Below are positions 52,087-64,000 of a DNA stretch of 64,000 bases, in pieces. The stretch spans positions 28,813,673-28,877,672 of the forward strand of contig OZ037766.1 in NCBI GenBank assembly GCA_964035545.1. The letters are read 5' to 3'. The first letter of the stretch is position 1, and each line of letters opens with the position of its first letter. Position numbers and translations under genes: made by a program. The notes below the pieces were generated by a model. That model saw only the letters and a list, made by a program, of their open reading frames with translations, had not been told where the DNA came from and did no database searches. Source of the DNA: Bugula neritina. Taxonomy: Eukaryota; Animalia; Bryozoa.

Positions 52087-53550
52087 CTTTCTATTCACTT
52101 ACATCTATTATTTTACCCATAAGGTAACCAGGAATAGTGGTGGGAGCGCAACTTCTTTAAGTTCTATGTTATTACTTTATTTCTCTATGCACTTCAGCTT
52201 TAAATTCAAACAACCTTTTGATTCTTCATTTTTCTTGTTTCCATTCTCACCTCCTTATTCATTTATCTAACCATCTGCCTATGACTCTCTCACTGCCTTT
52301 TTTCTATCCTCTCTCTTCTCTTAACCAACCCACATAACTATGTCGCCGTAACCTAATAATTATTTTGATCATAGACATCAAATGAGTTAAATATGAAAAC
52401 ATATTTTTTTCTGAAGCTAATCAAACATTACCTCATCAGCTCACCCATTCACCCATATTATTTTTACAGTCCCTAACATGGCTCACACTTCAGTAGTAAA
52501 CTAGATGAAATAGTATTCACATATTTACTTCAAACTATTGTCCATGTATAAGTTTCACACCAACTACTTACACTAAATATGTAATTATCAAAAACCCAAC
52601 TAATTTTCACTTACCAGCTTAAAATTTAAATTTCACAAACTGTTGTTGTTGGACTTCATATAGAACTACCAATCATCTAAACTCACATCAAAGAGATAAT
52701 TATATATATAATATAATATTTTGCTCAATAACTTATTTTAATGTGTAAAAGATCATGCATAAAGTATCCAGTTGTATATTGATTTCATTCCCTTAAATAA
52801 ACTGACACAATAGTTTTCTTTGAGTGGCACTAGAATTTATCTACTTGGGTTATTAATCACCATTTAATTTTGTTTAGAAAATTTCTTAAACTTCAATTAC
52901 TTTCCCATTTATTTACCCTGTAATATTTCACAAACATTTATGTTTTGCTGATTTTTTTTTATTTCTCCTACTATATAATAGTTTAACATCCTTAAGTGTA
53001 AAAATTGCAAAATTAAGCAACCCCGTAACAGCCACACTCTGCATAATGTAATATGGATGCAAGTTTGCATGTAATAATACGTTGCATGCTTTAAATTTAA
53101 TACTATCTTTGCATGTTTTAAATACCTAATACGTAATATAATTGCATGAAATCCTAATATCTTCAAGGGAAATATCTTTAATGTGGCTAGTACTATTCAA
53201 GTATCTCTAAAAATAACTTAGCTGGCAGCTTATACTCTAACTTTGACTTCTTCAGATATTGTCAATAATGAAGTAAAACTCATTGTTGATCTATACTATT
53301 TGCTGTTATCTATTTCCTTCCCTTATCTTTTGGTTGGCACTCTGAGCTAGTTATTTCTAAACTGTAATCTACGTTTTGCATGTTTTACCACTTCCATCTA
53401 AACACTCCAGTCATTGTGTTCAGATGATGCAAGAGCTTTATTTCACCAGAATTTTAAGTCTACTAAAAATAACTCACACTGGCTTATAGTCATTATCCCT
53501 GGTAAGAAAGTTTGTTAAATCTGGCTGATGACTTATTCATACCTGGCACA

Positions 53551-53664
53551 GGAGCAATTATGATTGGATGCTTTTGCTAGCGTCACCACTGGTTTTTAGT
53601 GGGGTTCAAACCCATGACTTGGTATTTGCTATCCAACGCGTTAACCACTAAACCATGGCTACTC
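53551..53664 (-). mobile_element. tRNA-derived SINE head (related, more decayed copies at ~3860-3980, ~23505-23625, ~60130-60250)
   Basis: Minus strand reads GTAGCCATGGTTTAGTGGTTAA (A box) ... GGGTTTGAACCCC (B box), then CCAGTGGTGACG..AAAGCATCCA; no intact cloverleaf. Confidence 0.65.
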
Positions 53665-54671
53665 ATAGGTTAGTAAAACCTGTACTATAAGCTTAAAAAT
53701 ACTTTTCGGCAATAAACGGGAAGCCAGAAAAATAACTATCATGTATAATTATGAGACGAAACCAGGGTTAGGTGTGTTTAAGCAAAAATTTACTCTAATC
53801 CATTTATTTTAGACCACTCGTCATGTTGAAACTATATTATCTCTAAAGCTTTTAAAATCTAATAACATTGATTGCATGGTTAAAAATTCATCATAACTAC
53901 TAATGTTATCTGTATGGCAAAAGTTCTACTGCATTTAGGGTGCATTACTCATGCATGTTTTATCTATAGGCTTTCATGTGATCATAAAATTTTAGCCAGG
54001 TTGTTATTTGAATCATTGCTACTCTAAACCATCTGCATGTATTACAAACAAACCCTTCCCTAGCTGGTACTCAATTTACAATGAGGAGTTGTGTCCTCCA
54101 TATTATTGCATCTTAAAATCTATAAATACCATGGTAGGCCTCATAACAATGTTAGAGTTTAACTAACTAACTGTGTATGGTGTATAGTGTATATATATAT
54201 CCCTTATACATGTATACTATACTTTCACCCAGTTTCAGTTGTGCACACCATACATCCTCCAACCTAATCGTCAGGAGCAGCCTTGTAAAGTATTAGTTTG
54301 CAGTTGTCCCATAAAATTCAAACTAAGCTACAATGTATAAGCAGTAGCACACATATTAGCATTTCGATAAACTTTGTAAAATAATTGTTTATGAAAATTC
54401 TCAAAAGTAGAGCTGGAAGCATTTTCATGGTAATTTGTTAAAATTGAGCAACGTTGAGTGGCAGTGGAGTATAAATCCTATCAATGATTTGGTGTGCTGG
54501 CTGTCACTTTGTTTGGTTAAAAGGATTGTCAAATTATACTCTATAGTCCAGAGTTACGATCTCATGTGAGTGTGGGTAATTGTGTTGTGGCTCTTCCTAA
54601 TTGATATGAGTTTATAGCTGAAGCTGGTAGGGTATTTATGTAATGTCTAATCTGTGTTAGTATGTTTCAGC

Positions 54672-54850
54672 AAACACGCACTCATGCACTCACGCACTCA
54701 CACACTCACGCACACACGCACACACGCACACACGCACACACGCACACACGCACACACGCACACACGCACACACGCACACACTCACACACACTCACACACA
54801 CTCACACACACTCACACACACTCACACACACTCACACACACTCACACACA
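54672..54850. repeat. Complex (CA)n repeat, paralog of 17970-19331
   Basis: Same flanks, shorter array. Confidence 0.92.
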
Positions 54851-57051
54851 ACTAAAAAATGCTAATGAAAACAAAACATTAGATATAAATGCTTCTCAAG
54901 CTTTGAACTATCAGTTTTATTAACTGGGAAGACAGTGCTGAACTACAATTACTTACACACCTACATGGGCTGATAACTCTTGTCTGTAGAGTTCAACTTG
55001 ACAATCTTGTCATACAGAATAGTTACAGTCTGCACATCAAAGTACTGATGAAAATTATATCATAACTGCTGCTGCAACATTGCTCAATATAAACAAATTA
55101 TCATAAAATGCCTCAAAATCTAATTTTCAAAAATTTCACTAAAAACAAGTTTTTTACAGAATTGGTTGAAATACTGATATGTGTGCTACTGCCTAAATGT
55201 TTATAACTTTCGGGGCAATTTTCTTTAGCATGTTTTTAGCTTTATGTGATGTATAACTTTGATTTCTTAATTAGTCTGCTCCTAATAATTAGTTTATAGA
55301 ATGTGGAAACAACTCCATGTTATAAATTCAGTATCCGGGACATGAGAATAAAAATGTACTGCTACCCTTTAAATGCTATCAGGGTGGTTAGAAAATTGGT
55401 ACAACATGACATGTGCTGGCTATATATATATGAAGGGTTCAAGCCTCCCCCTCCCACAAGACCTTTGACAATGCCAAGAGTTGAGTATCTGGTTATTTTT
55501 GCTCCTGTGTTCTGCTATAGATTCTTTCAAACCGGGTTATATTAGTAGGGAGAAACCTATTAAGTTAATTGCTCGCTTGGAAATTTTATTTTTTAAAAAG
55601 CATTCTCACAATAGCCTTCATTTTAAGCAAACTGTGGGTTAAAAATTCAGCTTTGATTAGATAAATTTCAGTTTTAAAAGTATCTTTTTAAGATATATTC
55701 AGCTTTTTACATGCAGCTAGAGTTGTTGATTGTATCTTGTAAACTGTTATTAACCTTGTCATCTGCAGGTTATTTTCTTAAAGAAAAAATTTTAAATTAT
55801 AATTCTATATAATTTGTTTAAGTAATTAAAGTTCACTGAAATCAAACATTAATACACTAAGCTAAATATAGATCACATTTAAGAGCATTTAGTTATGTGC
55901 GTAAAACTTTATAGCTTGGTAGATATTATATACTACATTTAGTTTAACTGCAATAAATTGTATCTGTACTGTAAGAATAATTGGTATTGAGTTGGCAAGA
56001 ACGGTTATCAGTTTAAAGTACCCTGAAGATTATTGCAAGGATAATTGATATTAGTTTGTTATGCAAGAATTGGTATTGGTAATGCAATAATAAGGATATA
56101 TATTTGAAAAAGTGGTAATAGCATTGAACAGTTGGTATTTATAGTATTGCAAGAGTTGGTACTTGTAATGCAATAACAAATTGCAAGGTTTGATATTAGT
56201 ATATTGCAAAACAAATATTTATCTTACAAGAATTGGTATTTAATAAAACACATCACTTGTAGAATTATATCAATCATGTTAGTAGAAACTAGAACAAGTA
56301 TAATAAGTTATCATATATATTGCTTGCCAGGTAACTCTTTGGCATTTATATTGTTCAGTTAAAATGTTGTCCCTTTAAGTCGGTAAGACTGCTAAGCGAG
56401 TAAACCAAATGCATGGTGCATGGTTTCTCATTTCATCGGTCTTCCAGACCCACCTTCTGAGTGGTTTCTTCTGGGGTTTTATCTTGGCATATTTTCTGCA
56501 AGACATCATATTTTTGCCAAGCTATGCATGTCACTGCAAGTGTTTCTTATAGAAGCTTATTAGTTGCTATGGTAACTCTGGACTTAAACTATGATTGTGG
56601 GTTTCAACATATACAAGGGCAACGTGTGGCTGTTGCAGGGATTATATTATAGTTCAATATACCTTTTTTCAATTTCAAAATCACATTTCACAAATATTAA
56701 TTTATTAATTTTATTTTATTTAGTTTTTGACTATGAAATTGCTTAGTGTCCCATTAACTTCCACATGGTAGTTACTTATAGTAGTAGTATAAGGAGGCCA
56801 ACAAAAAGTGTATGGTAGTTGCTGAAATAGTACATATATTTGTTTCTTGTCTTTGGTTAATCTTTACTTTTACTGGTTTTTGACAATTTTAGCAGCTCGA
56901 CCATTTTGTTTTGAATGATAAACCAAACTACTCATATAAATATTCAAGTTAAAGTAATTCAGTAAAGCTTTTCAGCATAGCAAGTGCTGATAAATCTTAT
57001 TTATTTTAGTTGCTAAACCATATAAATAAAGTATTAAACACTCACAATTTT

Positions 57052-57176
<125 letters not shown>

Positions 57177-58475
57177 TTTTGCCAGTACAAACTGTTGCTT
57201 TGTATTTCTCCTCCAATAGCATAGCTGAACTACCTTATATGACAAACTTCACCATTACTTTTGATAGTTATGATATAAATTAATAAAATAATAATAGATA
57301 ATACTTTATATATACGAGGTTGTGCTCCCACCACTTATATCCTAATAGAAAGAGACAAAATTCCAACAGATTAGAATAACTATATTCTATAGAGAGATAA
57401 AGTTTGGCAGTTAGCATACGGTATGCTGCTGTATGCTTAAATTTTTATTGGACAATATTTTGTTGATCATTATAGCTTTTGCATTTCTTCTCTCTGCTAT
57501 AAACTACTAGCTAATGACCATAGAAAGTTGGTGTATAATTATTTGGTGTAACCTATAATAATTCTATCTGTATTATTAAATTTACTTATTATTTTATTGT
57601 TTCATTGCTCATTAATGTTGCAAATGACTTTGTTGTACTTACTATTGTACTTAATGTTGCATTTACAGTTATATTGAGTCACTACTGGTTAAGTTTTCAC
57701 AGTTGTCAATCATTTGATTATTATATTTTTGGTGATCATTAAAAGCCTTTATTATGATATATATTCATTATAATTACTTTGATTTGTGTTATTCAATAAA
57801 ATGTTTTCTAACACGAGTTGAAGTTTTTTTATTGGCAGTTCAACAGAGCGCCAAACAGCTGAAAATTACAGTTCAGTTGCTGTTTGAATGTCAGCAAACA
57901 AAAGGCATTTAGAGCAAAATAATATAGCAACATAAGGAAATTCAGAGATCAATAATCCATTCTCACTCAGGGAGAGACAAGCGTCTGTCAGGGTTGACAA
58001 AGCATGGCATCTTTAGTGCTGGTGTTTTGCATATCTGGTCATAAGTCTTTTGACATTGTTTTCTGAGTAGAATGTCTGTTCAGCATTAAAGCTTTGCCTT
58101 CATTCAACATGGTAGTAAGAAAGTATAGTGGACTGGTTGGCATTTATATTATATAGAAGTCCTTGACATCTTGCTTCAAGAAATATTTAAACTTTGAACA
58201 TAAGGTCAACAATTAACTAAAATAACTACTTTTTATTTAGGTTTTAATCAAAAGCTTGCATTTAATGCACCTTTGCATTGAAGGCAACTGAGCTATTGTT
58301 TAGGTAAACTTAAAATTAACTGAAGTTTATAACAAAATAACAATTGCTTTAATATATATATATACAACTACTGCATATAAATAAGGTCAACTATAAACAT
58401 TGAAAAACAGCTGAAGAATCAAATTAAATAATGTTTTTCTATTAATTCATCCAAACACTGCTTTAAAATGAAATA

Positions 58476-59766
58476 GGGGTAAGGGGGGAGGGGGGGGCAC
58501 AACGGGCCGAATTTTGCATTTGTTGCTCTCATTCGTCTGTTTTTCAAGTTACTAGCTCAATAATCTCTAGTCTTAATGCTAAATCTGTTGTCTATTACAG
58601 GTACCAGTTTGTTGTTTCTATCTCTTTCACAACTTTCAGAATAATGACGAAAAAATTGGCCCATTGTGCCCCGGTACCGGGGTACAATGGGCCACTGGGT
58701 GGGACACAACAAATATATTGAAATTTTGCGTATTTTGTTATATCTGATCTTTATTTATTTAATAATACAAATAAATAAAGATACTCTTTCAGATTTACAG
58801 CAAAATTCATGTTTTAGCCGTACAGTTTGTGCCACTACGGATAACAGAGGAAGGCAAAATCAAACGCACGTCACTCAGTTCTGCAGTGCCATTATCATTA
58901 CTGTTTAAAACTAAAAATGTTTTGTTATTTTTACTTCAGAACAACGTTTATTAAAAAAAACTTTACTAAAATGTACTGCAAAATTCTGAGTGAACTTTTT
59001 TCAATGAACTGTAGCTAAGGTGCATGCATGGCTGAGGTTTGTGACTGGAGTATACGCTATAGAGAGAGGGGGGAGCGAATTAGCAAATCACAACTTATTT
59101 CAGTCAATTGCATGTATATTCCCTTAATGGTGTAATATATAATGATTATCATGACTATCTAATAGTTATAGCAACAGCAGAGTGTTTTGTATTATGTATA
59201 AAATGGCAAAGCTTTAACCTTACCAGATGTATGTATTAGGGGAGCTTCAACTTGTAGTTTTGTAGTCTTAGCGTACCATGATATCTTTAATATTTTACAA
59301 AAAGGTCAGAAATGGCTATATTTATAGATTTTAGTAACAGTTCAACCAACTTTTTTGGCAAACAAACTAATAACAGTGATCAGGGTGCAATAATCAGGTG
59401 GCCCATTGTGCCCCGTGTGGCCAAACTGAAAATAAATTTATTTCAGTGTTTGCTGTTATACTAGTTAAGCATTGTAGAAACAAGCAATGGCAACAATATT
59501 AGTAAAATCTAGGCTTCTTGCCTTTGAGTGTAAAAAGTTATAAGGCTTCAACGACATCCTAAAAAATTTACAAAAAGTAGGTAAAATCAGTTTTTTACTC
59601 GCCTTTTCAACACGTATATTCCGCAAGTGTTGAAACTACAAAGGCTGAATAATTATGTCAATATCTTTTTATGAAAAAAAAATCGCAACTCTAAGTCAAT
59701 AAGTTCTCTGACAATTTGGCCGGCTTTTTGTACCCCTATGACCATTGTGCCCCCCCCCCTTACCCC
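58476..59766. mobile_element. TA-targeting non-autonomous DNA transposon, 1291 bp
   Basis: TIRs GGGGTAAGGGGGG..GCACAA / TTGTGCCCCCCCCCCTTACCCC; TA duplicated (58474-58475, 59767-59768); empty site TGAAA-TA-TAGCTATA in the paralogous segment (~23151-23166); internal GGCCCATTGTGCCCC repeats. Confidence 0.9.
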
Positions 59767-62622
59767 TATAGCTATACCATATATGAGCTAATGTATTGCT
59801 ACTAAATTATATGTGCACACAAGATATAAGCATGACTTTGCTATTCAGATATTTAAAGACCATCAACTATATTCTGTTGCTATGAGTTAAAGAAAAATTA
59901 TACAGAGTTTTACCAAGCTGTATTATATCTGTCAATTACAATGCAGAAGAGATAGCGTTTTGGAGTGACCAAAGCAACATAAGTTCTCTATAGTAAGTAT
60001 AAATAATTCCATATATATATAACTGTTTGTTTTATTATATACAGTGAAATGTTGAGAAGAAATTTTATATGATTAATTCTATAAATCCCAAAACTAAAGA
60101 CCTAATTTTACCAGACATACAATTTATTAAAGGAACAATTATAACTGGGTCCTTTTTTTAACATTACCAGTGGCCTTTACTGGGATTCCAACCCATGTGA
60201 CTTAGTATTTACTAAACCAAGATCTAGATCATCTGTAGATCATGGCTGCTGCATAATTTTCTGCTTATATGTAGTGGAAGTTTGCTATTAATATATTTTC
60301 TATAGCTATATACACATTTATAAATATAATATAATATTTAATTTACATTCAGCAGGCAAGGAAATAAACACAGTATACAGGCAACTTCTGATTATCATAA
60401 TGATTAATAAAATATACAGGCCATCCAGGAACATCAGTTGACTATATAATAATAATATTAGTCCCACACCATGCTATCTCATAATAATGACATGCTAAAA
60501 CTTCTATGCTAAACAATTCTAACAATGTGCCGCCATGCTATACCATAAATGAGAAAGAGTATAGAAAATAGTCCACTGTATATTTTGCTTAAGCTGAAAA
60601 CATAGCTAAGAAGACGTTTTATAGACTTCCTTAATTTTGATTGGAAAAGATTGAAAGACATCTAAGGCACTCAATTTATTGTAAGAAAACATATAATATT
60701 AGCTAGACAAGATATTTTTTCAATTTCTCTTATTCCCTGTATCTATAACCTATTGGGTTTATAACAGAAACAACTTTCAAGCTGATGTAAGTACATATTT
60801 ATAGCGCAAAGCATTTAGAGTCATTTGAACATTTACTACTATAGTATTGCTATATACTAAATGCATGCATATATATGCAAGTATTTTCTGCCATTAGCAA
60901 TGCTAATTGAGACTATTGGGGAGAGCTGTTAGCAAAGAGGTGGCAATGAAGTGCAGTATATTTCCATGATAGAGTATTAGAAAACAGGTTAAGTTAGACT
61001 ATAATATATTATAGAGAAATCCTATAGAAGTAAAGCATACCTAAAATTAGTTTACATGAGTTATTATAAAAAGAATAAAATGTTTCTATTATTCTGATAA
61101 TAAACTTGTACTCAGAACTGATGATTGAATCAGATAACATTGAATGTGACTGAATACTGATGATTATTAGTTATTCTATGAGCTGATATATGAACCAGGA
61201 ACTTCCTTCTTAAACTGAATACTTTAATACACAGGCTAATAGAAACACCTGGATGTATATGTTCTACACTGTCATTAATATATTATGCAATATTCAAATA
61301 TTATATTTGGAAAGATACATGCAGTCTAATAAAAACACCTGGTTTTACTTTTTATACATTTCTTTATTATGTCAAGAAAAAGTAAAGTTGCATGGAAGCA
61401 AAAATACTATAGAATATTGATTTTTTCACAACAAAGTTCTAAGAATCTTATTTTTAGTAATGATAGTAAACAGTGACACTTAGTGGCGGTAAATAATAAC
61501 AATTTAGTGACAAAGAGCATTAACAATGTTAGTAAGCGCAGGGAAGTGTAGTGAAAGTAAACAAGAACATGGTAGTGATAATAAATACAATAATGCGTAC
61601 TGATAGTGACCGACATCAATATTATAGTGAAAATAAACAAAATTGATGTAATGATAGTAACCAATAACAAGATAGTGATAGTAAACAATAACAAGATAGT
61701 GATAGTGTAGTAAATTTTGGGCTATCTATGTGAATATATTAGCTAAACAAGATGTTTGTTACATTTCTTTTTTCCTGCATCTACCTATTGAGTTTATAAC
61801 AGAAGCAACTTTCATGCTGATGTATAAGTACAAATTTGTAGCGCAAAACTTTAGAACTATTTGAAAATTTACTACTATAATATTGCTATATACTAAATGC
61901 ATGCATATAATTATATGCAAGTATTTTCTGCCATTAACAATTCTAGTTGAAACTATTGGGAAGAGCTTTTAGCAAAGAGGTGGCAATGAAGTGCAGTATA
62001 TTTCCATGATAGAGTGTTAGAAAACTGGTTAAGTTGAACTATAATATATTATAGAGAAATTCTATAGAAGTAAAGCATACCTAAAATTAGTTTACATGAG
62101 TTAATATAAAAAGAATAAAATATTTCTATTATTCTGATAAACTTGTACTCAGAACTGATGATTAAATCAAATAACATTGAATGTGACTACATATACTGAT
62201 GATTATTAGTTATTCTGTGAGCTGATAACATCAGGAAGTTAAGTTCTCTATTCCAAAATATTTGTAGGAACTTCCTCTTTAGACAGAAATTGAACACAGA
62301 GTATAAGAAAGGCACATAAAAGTGTTTTCCACTCTGAGAGATGTTATTCTACAACAAAACTTTGAGTATAGTAACGTACAGCTATTTATGGTACACAGTC
62401 TAAAATTGAAGATGGTATAGCTAAGGTTAATGGGGATCCTCACAATCAAGAAAAAAGAATACATGCACTATATTAAGTAGCAGAAGTTAGTAAATATTTG
62501 TAATGATGATTACAATTCCAATTAAGAAATAGCTAGTTTAGATCAGGGAGGGAACAGCCCTAGTCTAGGGGTTTCTCACAGGAATACAGTGACTCTAAAC
62601 TTGTGTGTTTTTTAGTCTAAGC

Positions 62623-63027
62623 CAGTGGTGCATGTCTATAACTTTTTCAGAGCAAAGTCTATACTGAAATGGAACATTCTGGTGTTGAGAGCCACATTGT
62701 GAAATTTAGCTTGATCTGAGGACCATAGTATTAGCATATTTAATATAAGTTACTTTTTTATAAATTTCTATTCATATGACATCAGTGATAACTGTCTCAT
62801 GTCAACGTATAATGTCCCATGCAATAGCTACTGCATGCTGCATGTTTTGTAGCATGTTTGTAAATAAAATATTTAAAAAATAAATTTTCCACTCTAATTC
62901 ATATATGTAACTGTAAAAACTGATTTTATTTGTTAAATTTCATGCCTTTGAGGGCCACATAAATGTAGGCTGGTATATATTCTCATCTATAATAGCCCTG
63001 CATAAGGCCAGCTGTTGAACAGCCCTG
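62623..63027. mobile_element. Degenerate hAT/Charlie-like MITE upstream of copy F
   Basis: Collinear with 12211-12600; right end GTTGAACAGCCCTG. Confidence 0.65.
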
Positions 63028-63507
63028 TATTAAACTGATGATTGCTGCAAACCCAATCAGCCAATAACTTGTTAACAGTCACTAAGCTACCAAAACTTCA
63101 ATGGAATGCTGCAATGCTAAAATATATTTAGCCTTTAAATTTGATAAAAAACAAAAAAAATACATTGTTATAGTCTCCAAAATCTAAAACAGCACAAAAA
63201 CCAGTGACAATAAGAAGTATTGTATATACTAATGTAACAGCTAAAGACTTATTTTAACTTTATTATCAAACTGAATAGAGTAGAGAGATTGATTACACAT
63301 GCACTGGCTGCAGTCAATAGATGTGACTTGATCATTGGCTCCTTGTGAATATAAAAGTTGTATAAATTCTGTTCTAATCATAACAAGGTAGACATCGGCT
63401 GATCGATGCTATCAAAGAAGACTCAAAGAATAAAGTGATTTAGAAAGTTTTAAAGTGTTAATAATTGTGCTTTAATTTCATAAAAGTTTTGTTAAAAGAA
63501 CACAAAC

Positions 63508-64000
63508 ATGCGTGTTTCAGTAGTAACTTTGGTCATACTCTGTTCTCTGATTGGATACTCAGCTGGTGTTGGAAGTTATGATGTAGAGGGTGTTAGAGAG
63601 TTGCTGGCAGAGCAAAGAGAAAAGCTAAAAGAAGAACTGACTGTTATTCTAAAGGAAGAGGTTGAAGCTTTACATCTAAAAGCTGAAACTTTACAGCAAG
63701 AATTAGAGCTTCAACAGAAAGCTAATGTAGAACTGCAAGCAACAGTTTACTCCTTACTCAAAGCTGTAAGTTAGAACTATACATGCAACTTTAAACGGAG
63801 TAAAACAAAAATTTTTTTACACATATTCATTAGCTGTTGGTTCAAATTAAATTCAAAAGCTTTAAAGCTAATGCTGTTTGAGTTTGCTTTATATGAAGAG
63901 CTGTATATAATAAATTATTTACTGAATGCTGAAAAATTATTAATAGCTCTGGTAGGTTACGATCAGTTTTATTAACTTATATTTTAAGTTGCTCACTGGG
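63508..64000 (+). CDS. Short-chain collagen paralog, copy F (3' partial). Exon 1 63508-63765; exon 2 starts at 63989
   Basis: Signal peptide/coiled-coil exon homologous to the other copies, GTAAGT donor, and conserved exon 2 start TTTTAAG|TTGCTCACTGGG at the window edge. Confidence 0.75.

Noticed and set aside
53551-53664. Functional tRNA gene
   Set aside because: A/B boxes are present but the stems do not pair and it continues into a SINE-like body; treated as a SINE fragment.

Overview
AT-rich metazoan (invertebrate-like) genomic DNA with GT-AG introns. The window is dominated by a + strand tandem array of six paralogous 7-exon genes for secreted short-chain collagens: signal peptide, coiled coil, Cys linker, Gly-X-Y stalk and a Cys-rich spongin/short-chain-collagen-C4-type C-terminal domain. 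Copy A lacks its 5' end (outside the window), B, D and E are complete, C is truncated by an LTR element, and F runs off the right edge. The paralogs differ in a structured way: heptad-sized indels in the coiled coil, whole-triplet changes in the stalk (37-56 triplets), and patchy, mosaic substitutions in the head domain. This suggests a diversifying 'defence-collagen'-like family, which is an inference. Also present: a 2.65-kb gag+protease-only LTR retroelement with identical LTRs but no TSD; a triple-nested DNA-transposon stack in intron 5 of copy D, including a fold-back ISL2EU-like element and a 461-bp perfect palindrome; a solo LTR; an RTE LINE fragment; hAT, piggyBac and TA-targeting MITEs; tRNA-derived SINE fragments; a ~7-kb segmental duplication; many micro/minisatellites; and a 5-exon orphan gene (~419 aa). 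All gene models were assembled by eye from splice signals and frame continuity, with no transcript or database evidence.
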